From: Lingula anatina
Lineage: Eukaryota; Animalia; Brachiopoda
Length of the DNA stretch: 64,000 bases
Reading direction: 5' to 3'
NCBI GenBank assembly: GCA_051362555.1
Contig: CM120640.1
Span: forward strand, 36,351,967-36,415,966
In this document: positions 11,502-24,154 of the stretch, in pieces
How the letters are laid out: each line of letters begins with the position of its first letter
Position numbering within the stretch: the first letter of the stretch is position 1
Position numbers and translations under genes: made by a program
Notes under the pieces: generated by a model
Database searches by the model: none
What the model saw: the letters and a program-made list of their open reading frames with translations, nothing else
What the model was told of the DNA's origin: nothing

Positions 11502-12900
11502 CAATCGGAGTTGACGATATGTTTATTATGATAGCCGCATGGCGGCAGACCAATCCACGAGACACCGTTCAAAAACGCATGGGGGAGACATTTTCAGAAG
11601 CAGCTATCTCTATCACAATCACTACGCTTACGGACGGTCTTTCTTTTGGTATTGGCGCCATTGCTGATTTTCCTACTATCAGATTATTTTGTCTAAACAC
11701 AGGTAGGATCAACTGGCGATTAAAGTTTTATTCACAAGTTGAAGAGTGCCATAAGCCTTTTTTACTTTTCGATCTTTCGCTCTTTCTGGGTGAAATGAAC
11801 AGTTCTTGTGGTTATACGTATACAATTTCAATGTTTCAATTATTTCAATATGAATTCATTTTTGATAGAATTTATGGCTGCCATGTGCAGAACGCTTTCG
11901 AAATACTTCATAAATCCATGGAATATTTTGATAAATAGAGGCATTGCATTAATTTTCATTTTACTGAAACGATGTTCGCGAAACCATTATTATACACTTC
12001 GTTAGTGTTATTTATTTTCAATTGTATATCCGTCAGTTTAACTATTTATTCTTTTAGGTGTTGCTGTGCTCTTTGACTTCTTTTTCCAAATAACCTTTTT
12101 CGCTGCCAGCATGGTTTTTATTGGAAGACACAACGGTATTTTGGCTGCAAGACTTTTCAAGTTTTGTAGAGCAGTACAACTTGACAGTTAATGAAACCAA
12201 TTTTGTTAATGTGCTAAAACGTGAGTTTTTGCCTAGGAATGAAAAGTTTTCATTAGATATACACATAGATAATACCACAGATAATATAATGGCTTCGAAT
12301 CACCAATTGATGCGTCTAGAGAAAAGGAACTGGTTCTACTTGCCATGTGCCTTGCTGACAATGGTCAAGTCAGTTCGTGTGTGTTACTGTCTTCCATCCT
12401 GCCTTCCTTTCGTACGATCAATACGTAGCGATCATACCCAATACTCTACAAAATATCGGCATTGCTCTTGGTTCAATGGTAGTTATTTCACTACTTTTGA
12501 TCCCCAATCCTATCTGTTCACTATGGGTTACTTTGTCGGTGGCATCAATAGAGGCAGGTGTTGTGGGTTACATGGTGTGGTGGGATGTTAATCTGGATTC
12601 TGTCTCTATGATTAATCTGATTATGTGTATTGGGTTTTCTGTTGATTTTTCAGCACACATTGCATATGCATATATTAGCGCCAACGGTTGCACCGAGAAA
12701 AAAAACTTTCTTCCTCCCTGTTTTCCCTTGGTTTTTCAATTCTTCAGGGGGCTCTGTCCACGATACTAGGTGTGCTGGCCTTAAGTGCATTGTCTGTGTA
12801 TATTTTCAGAGCGTTTTTCAAACTCATGTTCATGGTAATTTTGTTTGGTGCTCTCCATGGTCTTGTTTTGCTGCCAGTGCTTTTGTCGAAGCAAGTCTGA
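11502..12900 (+). pseudogene. Patched domain-containing (PTCHD3/PTR-like, SSD-RND) pseudogene
   Basis: Exon 11502-11702 IGVDDMFIMIAAW...FSEAAISITITTLTDGLSFGIG; exon from 12058 GVAVLFDFFFQITFFAA; later NLIMCIGFSVDFSAHIAY and LFGALHGLVLLPVLLS. Internal deletion/frameshift at ~12130, further breaks at ~12297, ~12375 and ~12700; N-terminal exons not found. Confidence 0.85.
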
Positions 12901-14535
12901 ACCTATCTTAGGCATGAATGGTGTGATGCCATATACTATAACCTCTAATGTACGATCTGAACAGTTTTAATGTCTGAATGGTGCCTAACGGTGTATATTC
13001 AATTTAAAAGGTTGGCTAAAATGAGAAGTTATTCGTCGAATGTTTGACAATGTTGTGCCGTGCTGCAAAGAAAGCTTGTAAGAAAACTGTTCGTATTATA
13101 CTATGCTTTTTATTCAGATCGTGTGACAGTGTTTTGCTTATAACTATTGCTTAGTTTATTTATTTTGTTTGGTTTTTGGTGACTTTGGGACTGCCAAGAA
13201 AATGCAGAGCGATATGAAAGACAATAAGATGGGTCAGGATTCCAGATTTCTCACGGGAGCACGGCACCCTTCTAGTGTATGAGAGGCACACTATAGAGAG
13301 AATTGTCTGCAGTTTTGGACTCAGAAATCGGTGAAATTGTGCTTTCAAACTTTCTAAAGACTAAAGTTTAGAATTAGACTGTATAGGAAATAAGCAATTG
13401 AAATGTAAAATGTAAAATGTTTATGTAAAATGTATGTAATATGAAGTGGTTTACAATAAAACTGCATAAAGAATTTTAATTAAAATTAGTGTTTATGTGT
13501 TTGCAATTTTGTGCATAATAATCGTTATTTGTGGCGTACAGTGTAGCTATGCAAATTTTTACATTAGAGCACTTGATCAGATTTTACGGTGCATTGCCAT
13601 TTACATGTACCAGGGTATTACATGTACCTCCGCAAAGTAGATCGTTTTTGACTCCATTTGTCTGTTAAGAACATAATGGGGAAAGTTTGGACAGATTTTA
13701 ATGAAATTTTCAGAAACTGTCCACAGGGGTACAAAGTAACAAGATACGGTTAGATACAGTTGTAAAAGTTTAAATTAACAGTATCAGAAAATTAGGAATA
13801 GGTGATAATTATGCAGGTAAATGTTTTTTTAATATTGCAAATAAGCTACAACAGAATTTTTTTTTGTGTAATGCCAACATAAATGCTATATAGATGAATA
13901 ACACTTAACAGTGCCTCATTATCTTCAAACTCAGTGGGGCTATTAATATCATGTTAATACAGTTAGATTTAAAGTTTGAATAGCAGCTTTACTGGATTAT
14001 TTTTTGTTATGTTTTTTTTTTAATTTTTATTTTTCAAACACTGGCATTTTCAAGGTGTGAGTTTTTACTCCCATCCACCTGAACTACAATTTCTGTATTC
14101 TAAATAAGCAGTCGTATTGGTGTTTGTCTTTAAACATTATGTAATATGTTTTTGTGCACTGTCATCATTTTTCACATATTGAGATTTTCATTATGTGTAT
14201 TTGAAATCTCATGGTCCTGAAACTGTAATCTTATTGACCATATTACCTGTTGTGTATGCTTAAAATTCAGTGTTGATTGACTGTGCTGTTATTCCATAAT
14301 TATTTATTATTGCATCAAAATTGACAAATTAACCTATTTTCTGCATCAGATTCTTTATTTTCTGCTTTTTTCTTGTACATTTGGCAGCTTTGCTGCCTTG
14401 TCTAGTTATTGTTGTGACCAGATTAAAATATGATAAAAGCTGGTGTTTTGTATACTTAACAGTATTATCACCACCACATTTTACCAAAGTTAACAAGCAC
14501 ATTCAGAGTAAGTACCTACTACAGTAGTAGCCTAA

Positions 14536-14774
14536 GATTGGGTTCCCATGCCTAGATGTGGACCGGTCTAACTCCCTGCTGGGGAGTCTCACTAAATTGC
14601 TATCAGCTTAACCAGCTTAAATGTGTCATGCCTACCGAATCAGCTAGGGTAAAGATAATTACTCCCTAACAGCTTTACTAGGCGTGACAGACATTTAAGC
14701 CGGTTAGGTTGATAGTAATTTATTGAGACTCTACAGGGAGTTAGATCAATCCAAATATCTGTGGGAATGGTCCC
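14536..14774. mobile_element. Harbinger-type MITE (family A)
   Basis: Termini ...ttccca / tgggaatggtccc with TAA on both flanks; interior ggggagtctcacta matches the copy at 23036-23242 in opposite orientation. Confidence 0.65.
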
Positions 14775-14777
14775 TAA

Positions 14778-14961
14778 GGCCCCATTCAGAATAGGGGACC
14801 AACTAGTCCGAAGTTCAAAAATGGCCGGCCCACTTGAATACTTCCCCACGGGCTATCTATTCAGTGTCTATTAGCGGTATTAGCGGATTAGACGGCAAGC
14901 TTTGTAGTGGGTCGCCATATTTGACCCTCGGACTATTTAGTCTTCTATTCTGAATGGAGCC
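14778..14961. mobile_element. Harbinger-type MITE abutting family A
   Basis: Long imperfect TIRs ggccccattcagaatag..tagtccga / tcggacta..ctattctgaatggagcc; TAA/TTA flanks. Confidence 0.7.
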
Positions 14962-15294
14962 TTAGGCTTCAAGTCCATCAAAGTTTGAATTCATACATGG
15001 GGCAACTTTTTTTGTCCTTGAAATTTGGAAATACCATATTTTGGGATAGCATGGTGAGACTAAGGTTATAATTTGTAGTAAAATGGTTTGAATTACTTCA
15101 TGGGAATGTAAATATCATTAAGTGATATGTGCAGTGGACTTAATCTGCTACTTGTTACATCTTTATAAGTTAGTGAAAATTGCCGTTGATTTATTTCTTG
15201 TTAAAGTTCCTTCCATATTTTTTGCAATCTCCAAATAATATCAGAACTAATTTTGCATAAAAATATTAATATTCACCAGTTATTGATGTTTTAA

Positions 15295-16684
15295 AGGTAT
15301 ACTGTGATGAAAAAACGGGTTAAAACTATCCGTTAGGTGCCCAAAAGTCATTTTTGAGTAATGAAAAAAAAGTTCTTACGTTTATTTAGTTTTTAAAGCC
15401 GATTTTATGCAGGTGTGAATGTAGTTTATGATACTCCCGCGTGGTGGCGCTTTAAGGCGAGTGACGTCACTAGCGTCAAGGCTCAGAAAGCCATATTCGA
15501 TTCAGCTATCCGCTTGCTAGCAGTGCAAACTAAAACGATACACGCAATTGATCACTACATGATCATTTATAAATTCAAACTTTTGAAGATAGATACACAA
15601 AAGAAGATTAATTCCCCACGTGGTTATCATTTATTAACCAACAAAATACACCAAAACTATGTTAACAGTAAAGGTTTGGAAGCAGGGCAGCGAACACAGT
15701 TTTTCACACATTGCCCATCTGTCGCGTCGGCTGAACGTTCTTATCCCGACTGATAAGAGAAAGTTACCTAATACATGCAGGTGTGACAGCTAACATTATT
15801 TTTCACACCCGTGCAGTTTACCAGTGTCATTCCGGGAGAGCCAGGTCAGTGGACAAAAGGCCAAAGATATCGGACTGATCGCATCGGACACTACATTTCA
15901 CACCTCTGCAACTTACCTCGCTACTTCTGCCTTACACGTGATCAGTGCAGCAGTATGTCGAGTAAAAATTTGATTCCACTATCATGTTAATATTAACGTT
16001 TTCACTAACATAACCAAAAAATTCGACAACGTAATTCTGCTACGAACTATTTTTTGGGCTCTAGAAGCTGCTCTCTTCTTCCTTTCGACGGCCGCATCAT
16101 GCACACATCCTACAGGTAAGACTCTCGTCGGCAGCGCTCTGGCATTTACTGTCGCATTTTGGTACTCCGAAAAATCGAATATACTGGGTACAGCATCATC
16201 TTTTAGTTTTCTCCGTGCTTTTCCACCGCACAATTCAGCTCGCAGGTCACGTACGAAGCATTCCGGCTCGAAGTGGTCGCTACAGATCCCCGCGTGTTTT
16301 GACACAGTGCTGGGATTTTTTAACTTCAGAGAATTGAGCCAAATTTTACGTTTAGCGGCATCCGCAGGCAGGATATAATAGCAGATGTCTTTCTTATTGT
16401 AACCTACATTACGGCACCCGGGAGCAACACAACTTTGCGGCATTTGTTTTTCTGACACCTGGATGTTTAGTCGCCTACTGCATAGTATATACTATTACTA
16501 GTACAGCTGTGGGAAGCTACTCCACGGGTTACGTCACTAGAAACTGACCAATCAGAATTTTCTCATCTAAATCTCATCTTTTCTCTCTAAAACTTAAAAA
16601 GAACAATTTTTTGACGTGGATTTATAGTTTTTATACTGTAAAAAAAGCAGTGAACGCTATGTGTTCCTAGAGCGCAGTAGGCCT
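15295..16684 (-). mobile_element. Internally deleted Kolobok DNA transposon
   Basis: TTAA|aggtatactgtg ... cgcagtaggcct|TTAA; carries a THAP ORF, as at the N-terminus of Kolobok transposases. Confidence 0.75.
15982..16443 (-). CDS. THAP zinc-finger ORF (truncated transposase N-terminus)
   Basis: MPQSCVAPGC...P...R..W...ICSDHF...LKDDAVPSIF is a complete C2CH THAP signature with AVPSIF box; true ATG at 16443; no DDE domain follows. Confidence 0.85.
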   Translation of the reverse strand: MPQSCVAPGCRNVGYNKKDICYYILPADAAKRKIWLNSLKLKNPSTVSKHAGICSDHFEPECFVRDLRAELCGGKARRKLKDDAVPSIFDFSEYQNATVNARALPTRVLPVGCVHDAAVERKKRAASRAQKIVRSRITLSNFLVMLVKTLILT

Positions 16685-17889
16685 TTAATGTCTTCAAAAT
16701 AAACATAGTAATGTGGATATTGATTTAATTGATAAGTCTGCGACCTAAAATATTGTTATAACAATAAGTGCTGGTATTAAAAAAAGTCAGTTGGGTGCTC
16801 TTCTCCTGACCTGTTCTCAACCAGTCTGGTGGTTTAGTGTAAAAGACTACTGATATGATATATGCAGCTTGGGCCTGAGGCACGTTTGTTTGAACAGAGT
16901 TCAATATCACAATAGCTTAGTTTGTTTACTATTTCTTTTATGTGGGGGTTTTGCAGCACCTGGGACCTGAGTGGTACAGCGTGAAATGCTGCATGAGAGT
17001 TTCCTTTTTAAAAGAACATGCATTTTTAAATATCACTAAATTTCATTACAGCATCAGCTCTTATGATCATTACCATAACATGCAATGCAATCACGTTCAT
17101 GGAAATAATATAACAAGGAAAATAAAAAGATTATTTTCGTAATTTGGTAAAATCAATTAACAATAGCAATTCAACATCTTGTCACTGAAAAGGAATTACA
17201 TACACCTAGCTAATAGTGCACAAATGGGATTCAGTGAAAAAAATCTTAATAAACATATAAGCTGTGGACAGCAAAATTGCCCAGACTCCACCATTTGTTG
17301 ATCATGGGCATAAAAATTCAAAAACCTTTATGTAACCAAATTGTCAACCAACGAACAAACAAACCATGCCTTTTTACAGCAAATGGGATTATTTATTTTT
17401 TAAACAATAAGTTATTGCTTGGGTTCAAACAAGTGTGTGTGTGTGTGTGTGTGTGTGACTTAATTTTTGGCAGTTACAACAGGATATTGAAATGCCACAA
17501 TATTGTTACAGGTCTCACTGAATTATTACAAAAGGAACTTTTCTAATATGGTAAAATCATCAATTCAATTATTACTGAAACTTGTGAGATAAAAAAAATC
17601 ACAGTTAAATCCTTTGGAAGTATTGGAAGAAACATAATCCAATCACAAATATGACTGTTTATGCTTTCTATTACATTTAGCCTTAGCCATTATATAGCTT
17701 CATCACTTGCTCAACTAATACAAAAGAAAAATAATGAAAAAGCAACAAAGTATTTTCAAGATATAAACCAAAAAATGAAAGTTGTACAAAAATGAAAACT
17801 GCAGCTTTATATTTTAATGGCATTTACAAGCTTGCATAGTGGAAAAAGCAATAAATGTAAAAAACAGTACAGTAGTCATCTGATCACAG

Positions 17890-19032
17890 CTACTTATCAT
17901 CATCATGCAACAAAAGATGGAGCTCATTTCCAGTTCTCTTCACCCCTCCTCCTAGTTTCTTACACTCCATGTGCATAGTTTCATGTAACCACTTGACCCC
18001 CTCCTCCTCAGCTCTCCTCACGCACATCTTTTTGGTCATGGTGGGAACCATCAGCAGGTTGACAAGGTCGCCTGTTTCTGGGTCAAGGTCAACCAAGTAC
18101 ATCAGACTCAGCTCAGATCGATATGGTACATGGTCGGGATGAAAAATCCCTTCATAATCGTTGAGAAAGTCTCCACAGCCATAAATGATCAGTTTTCCTT
18201 TGTAGACCTCCACCCCTTTCACATGATGAGAAGAGTGCCCGTGGATGACATCTACACCTGCGCTGTCAATAGCACTGTGGGCAAAGCGCTGAAACATGTC
18301 TGGGACTTTAAAACCCCAGTTTCCACCCCAGTGGATAGAAAGGATGACAATGTCTCCAGGCTTTTTTGTTTTTTTGACTTGCTGGGACAGCTCATGAACT
18401 GTATGCGACAGCTGGTCAATGTTAAGGATATTTACCCCAGATTTGCCCTTCCTTGCCTGCCACTCATCAAAAACTCCACTCGACCTATGACCTCCTGCAA
18501 AGATGAGCACCCTGCCTTTGTTGGGAAGGTCAAACACAGCTGGTTGTTGTGCTTCTGAGATGTCCTTGCCAGCACCCACATAGGTAATGTTAGCACTCCT
18601 CAGGGTGGACAGTGTTTCCTCCAGCCCAGGGTATCCCCAGTCCAGGACATGGTTATTACTGAGCACACAACAGTCTATTTTGGCTTCTTTCAAAGTCTCC
18701 ACATTACCAGGATGCATACGATAGTTGATACCCTTTCCAAGCCAGGGAGTCTCACTGGTTGTAATGGAAGTTTCTAAGTTTATCAGCCTTATATCTGGCT
18801 TCTTCTCCTCCAGGATTTCCAGGGCGTCTCCCCATACATATCTCATTCCTCGCTCAGTTGGTAAAGCCCCACTCTGATCCACAGACAACTTAACATAATC
18901 TCTGGCATCTGTTACATAGCCTTCATACAGCTTAGGGTCGCAATGATGAGGCAATATCATGTCTATTCCTCTTCCAAGCATCACGTCTCCGACCATGAAC
19001 ACCCGAATAAGTTTCTCAGGATTTGCCATCAT
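17890..19032 (-). CDS. CapA/PGA_cap family (poly-gamma-glutamate synthesis protein-like) metallophosphoesterase, 380 aa, single coding exon
   Basis: Motifs GDVMLGRG, NLETSIT, LSNNHVLDWG, SIHWGGNWG, HGHSSHH, YGCGDFLNDY. ATG at 19032 follows an acceptor (ttattccag) at 19041. Confidence 0.92.
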   Translation of the reverse strand: MMANPEKLIRVFMVGDVMLGRGIDMILPHHCDPKLYEGYVTDARDYVKLSVDQSGALPTERGMRYVWGDALEILEEKKPDIRLINLETSITTSETPWLGKGINYRMHPGNVETLKEAKIDCCVLSNNHVLDWGYPGLEETLSTLRSANITYVGAGKDISEAQQPAVFDLPNKGRVLIFAGGHRSSGVFDEWQARKGKSGVNILNIDQLSHTVHELSQQVKKTKKPGDIVILSIHWGGNWGFKVPDMFQRFAHSAIDSAGVDVIHGHSSHHVKGVEVYKGKLIIYGCGDFLNDYEGIFHPDHVPYRSELSLMYLVDLDPETGDLVNLLMVPTMTKKMCVRRAEEEGVKWLHETMHMECKKLGGGVKRTGNELHLLLHDDDK

Positions 19033-20423
19033 TTTGGTACCTGGAATAAATATTACAGTTTCAGTTGTCAATTGATTGTTTATTGATAAACACAGCTGTC
19101 AAATAATCACTATGGTTTATAGATAACTGAGACATTCAAAAGACTAATAATTAAAAGTAAACAATCAATGGGTGACTGTATTAGTATGACCAATACAAGT
19201 TTCAAATCCTTCTTGGCATAAGACATGATATGTGAAAAAAGTATTACGATTGACTATACTTATTTTAGGAGGTGATATTCATGTTTGCCTCTGTTGCCGT
19301 ACTTGCTCACGGTACCCTTACCAGCGGTAACTGCATGAGGCAATATTCATCATTCATGTACAGTGTAGGTGTGGGAGTGCAGCTTGAAAAATTTTGTCAC
19401 TACCCTCAATAAATGACAATTCTGAAAATGTTGTGCTCACTACCTGTAGTAGGTGATGGGCGATTCTAAATTTCCATTTTCTTACTGATAGGGCTATTGC
19501 GACCTGCAGACTACACTACTACTGTTTTTAAGTACATGTACCGGTAGTTTATTTGTGTTGAGCACAAACCTGCAGTATTACTGTTCGGGTTCCAAGAACC
19601 GCTCTTAGTAGAAAAGAGTGATGCAAGGAAACGAGTCACACCAGAAGCCAGCAGGTATGGGTGGAGACGTCTAGGATCAAACATGGAACAGCATCGATCT
19701 GATGCTTTAACTACGCATTTACAGGTTCCATGACCGATTTCATCTTCACGGCCTTTCACCTTAGGGTACGTTGCTAGCCCAAGTCTGTATTTATATTTTT
19801 TCTGTTTTAGGCTGACACCGTATTTTCCAATCGTTTGTATTAATTAGTATTTTTTAACTTAATATTTATTTTTAACTTAAATTTATTCTTTTTTATTTTG
19901 CTTGTATAGAATTTGTATTCGCCAAAAACATCAGTCTTCTACCCATTTTATGAAACTGTTTCTCCTTGAATCTGCTGATTGGATTCATGTTAAAGGTTTA
20001 CCAAAACGAGGCCGAAGAAGATTGTGCGTCGTCTACAAGAGAAATCCATCTCAAGAAATTTGCGAAAATAGTAACTTAAAGGTAAAAAATGAAATTTTGA
20101 TAAACTTTATATTTAAGATGCTTTCATTAAAGTAATGAGAAAAGTATCTTTCGTTTGACCTGACTGGAAGCATTAGCACACATGGTATTTAGATCTACGA
20201 TTATTTTACGCAGTGACAAAGTTCACTTCCTTGATTCAAGGCTTGAACAAACTGGTACCTACAAAGAAGTGGTAGAATCTCTCTATCTAGGAATTGCAAC
20301 ATGCTGATTCCGATTAGGTTGAGTTATATACAGGGGTACTAATTTTTTTGGGCACTGACAATTCCACATTCAGATGTTAGCACAAATAACACAACACCTG
20401 TTTTTTATATTAAAAAAATAAAA

Positions 20424-20425
20424 AA

Positions 20426-20468
<43 letters not shown>

Positions 20469-20471
20469 ATG
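20424..20471. repeat. (AAAT)n microsatellite
   Basis: Directly visible; a (TTTA)n tract also at ~52475-52523. Confidence 0.95.
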
Positions 20472-20621
20472 TAAATAGGAATTCAAGACGCTGGTAGTAT
20501 GTACTGATGGAAATACCCCAAAAGAGGTTACACATACACGATGTAACAAAGTCTCATTTTACAGAAGGAAAATTAAAAGAATAAAAATTACAGGTCCTTC
20601 AAAGGCTATCCATTGTTGACC

Positions 20622-21641
20622 ATGTCAGAAAAACAAAATTATGGGACAAATGCCCCAGCCTCTGGAAACTACCCTGCAGAGCCGCCTCCCCAGTATGAGC
20701 CTCCTAAGGGGGCAGGATACCCACCCCAGCAGGATGGATATGCAGGATATCAGCAGGGGACTTATCCACCACAAGCTGGTAAGAGAAAGCTACTGGTAAC
20801 AATTTCATATCTTTGAAATGACTCATTTAAAATGCATTTATTCCATGACCCTGAGACTTTTTGGTTTATCGTCATGCCAGTCAGTCTATTTAGAATTGTT
20901 TAACGAATATTTATATATGCATTCTAGCATTTATCCAGTCAATCCATTGATATCCAGGTTCAAGCATGATATTTATATTGCTTTGGTAGTCTTAAGTCTT
21001 ATGGTGAAAGGAAGATATTTAGTACCTGCTACTATAAGCAATTATGATATACTAGTACTGCAGATATATAGATATAAAACTCTTTTTCAGCTCCAGTGGT
21101 GGCCCAGCCAACAACTGTGGTATATGTGAATGCGCCTGCATTTGGGCCCAATTCCAAGCAGATGCAGTGTCCATACTGCCAGGCACATGTCACTACTTCA
21201 GTGGAATATTATTCTGGAGGGGCTACCTGGCTGGTTGCTGGAATTACCCTTTTTGTTGGGTAGGTTCTTTAAAGATCTGACTTTGTCTTGTAAGCTTGCC
21301 TATCATTTAATTTAACATTTTGTATGGTGCAGAATTGGCTTATGATAATTGAAAAAAAAAAGTTAAATAGAATAAAAACTAAGTGGAAATACATTATAAC
21401 TGATTTTGAGAGAGATGTTTGATGCAACAGCTGGGTGTATATCTTATTAATTGATACATATCAAGGCAAACTATAATCATTACATTATTTATTTATCTCT
21501 GTACTTAATATATTTTTGTTCATTTATTTAAGATGCTGGCTTGGGTGTTGTTTGATCCCATTCTGCATACAAGATTTAAAGGATGCACGTCACTTTTGTC
21601 CAAACTGCAACCGCACCCTTGGTACATACCACAGAATGTAG
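20622..21641 (+). CDS. LITAF: LITAF/CDIP1-family protein, paralogue 1; exons 20622-20778, 21091-21259, 21533-21641
   Basis: Pro-rich N-terminus (PPPQY), CPYC...hydrophobic segment...[12 protein letters not shown]...HFCPNC; GT-AG sites keep frame (phases 1, 2). Confidence 0.93.
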
Positions 21642-23035
21642 ATGATGATCAGCATTTTGCTTTAAACACAGGGTTAATTACCTTCAAAGAATTTTCTATA
21701 AAAAATGGTCTCTCTTAATTGCACTGTCAGTTTTCTCAAAATAACTTGTAATTGAAGGCCTTATTAATATTGTAGCTGCTGTGGATTGATTCAAAGGTAT
21801 AGCGTTATCCACACAGAGTTATCCACATAGCCATCAAAGAAATTTGATATTAGTACATGTATTGGTTCATAATCTTTGACACCCTTTATTGTATGAACAG
21901 TCGCAATTCAGATAGGTGCTGAAATATATTTAATCTGAATGATGTGTTATAATATGAAACATTTCTTTATAGGGACTCTGTGTGGGTTAATTGTGTTAGA
22001 AAATACGAATAACTTACAGAATTCAAGGGCCTAATTCAATTTTCTAGTAGATACAGACCATCTCTCTTTAGAGTTCCAGACTTACAACTTTCCTACAAAT
22101 ATGCATTTTTAAGACCACAAAATTCTTTATGTGGCTTATGCTGCGTGAACAATTCTATGCATTTTCACTTTACTTAAAGGGTCACTCTATGCGAATTTCC
22201 TTGCCAAAAATGAATTTTCCAGGGTAAAGAGCAATTTTTCTCCTAATCAGGAATAAACGCTTGCTCTGTACTTGCACTTGGATTCGCTGTTCTATTCCAA
22301 TTTTAATTTAATACTCAAGTTTAATATTATAAATGACATCTGCTGTCATGCACATTGCCTCATTTTCACACAAGAAAATGTTTTGTATTGTTGCCCTGTG
22401 CCTGTATAATGCAGACGTTGCAAGCTGGCAATGTCTACCCAAGGAGTCTGAGAAGATAATTATACACTCCAGTTCAACTTTTATTTAAAAGGTTTTATTG
22501 TCTCTGGAATGTGCATTGGGAAATACAAGAAGCTTTACAGGAAGAATATGACTGTGGGACGTTTTCAAATGCTTGGAGACAACCTCCAACAATTCATTTT
22601 TGGCAGGCAAATCCCAAAGGGTGGTCCTTTAAATATGTAAGTTGTTACGTTGTTGGATGGTGGTGCAGCATGCCTTTAGACATAGTGCTAGAATATCTCT
22701 AAAAGAAAAAAGGGAAGAGTTATGATGGCAATCCGATGTATTGAAATCCAGATTTGTGTTGATCTTATTTTTATAGAAGGTCCCATTGATGTCATGCACA
22801 GAGGAGGTAAGTGCAAGATTACAAGAGTTGGTAATGGATATACTGACAAAATGAGTTGACCTTATAATTATACATATATTCAACACTGATAAATATTTAA
22901 CTTCTGTGATATTTGTTAGAATTCTTCACCAAAGGCTGTTCACTAAATATGGAAAATTTAACTTTTTGTTAAAATTGCATTTTCAAATACTGGGTTAAAG
23001 TTGAATTAAGTTGAATTAACATGTTATATTGCTAA

Positions 23036-23242
23036 GACCCCATTCCCAGAGATTAGATCGATCCGACTAGATCGACCTGGGGGTTCACGCTAAATAGCTG
23101 TCAGCCGAGCGGGCATGAAAGTTAAATTACCCCCTTACAGCTTGTAGTAGGCGGGACGGATATTTCAGCCTGATTATCTGACAGTAATCTAGTGAGACTC
23201 CCCACGGGGATAGATCGCTCTAAAATCTATGGGAATGCGCCC
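23036..23242. mobile_element. Harbinger-type MITE (family A, second copy)
   Basis: TIR gaccccattccca / tgggaatgcgccc, TAA/TTA flanks, similarity to 14536-14774. Confidence 0.65.
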
Positions 23243-24154
23243 TTAACGTAAAATGTGTAGAATATTTAAGATGTTGCCAGGTGGCCTTTTCCCTCTCATG
23301 CATTTGATCATTTGTGTTCTGTTTAGTTGAGTAAAGATATACAATTGACCAAATAACAAAATCCTTTGCATCATCTGTGATAAATTATCTAATAGTCTTC
23401 ATTTCAGTACTGTTATTTTATTGTTACTGTCAGGAGAAAGATAATATATTTTTTGACTTGCGAGCTCCTGTAATAATTCCAGTTAAGGCAACATTTTTTT
23501 TACACTGGACCAAGTATAATGTTCATGTCACTAATGCCAAGTTTATACATCTTAGTATTGTTTAATTGAAGAGAGGAAACAGTTACCCTATGATTTCACA
23601 TATATTTAGGGATAATTTTGTATGTCTGTGATAACAATATGGCACAATATGATTTATTCTTTTCTTGTAAGTCTTCCATTATGTTACAAATAAACTGGAT
23701 TTTAAAAATCCCTTTGTGTTATGATAATCTGTAAATAGTTTAGTTGTTAGACACCTAAGAGATGACATTTGCATAGAATACTTCTTATTGGTGATCCTCT
23801 CCACTAACTGCAAAATGAGGTCTTTTTAGTAAATATCCCATTTTAGTATTTTAAAATTAGAAAAAAAAACTCTGCTTTATGTTTAATTATAGAAAATGAA
23901 ACATGAAAGTGTGGGTTGCCAAGAGTGCTCACTGTTGCAAGACTTCATGTACAGTAATTATGCTTAATGTGCAACACCTGTCAAGTCAACATAGTTCAAG
24001 ATGGCAAGATTGACTGGCTCTCAGTGGCCTAAATAAGATTGCTTGTATGTTGCTATGCACATTACTTTTTTGCTGATAGGCCTAAGTGTTTTTTTTTTTT
24101 AACATCATGGCTTTACTTCAGAAAAGCAAGGTTCCAAATGCATTTGAATATCAA

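Noticed and set aside
13620-13800. Degenerate Helitron-like repeat fragment
   Set aside because: Resemblance only; no definable ends.
18130-18558. Antisense 142-aa ORF (also the short ORFs overlapping 33013-33423 and 54118-55888)
   Set aside because: Shadow ORFs of real coding exons with no recognisable motifs.
17890-19071. Bacterial contamination, or a start at 19071
   Set aside because: Flanks are AT-rich animal DNA with microsatellites and no operon; 19071 is a TTG in intron-like sequence upstream of the acceptor.
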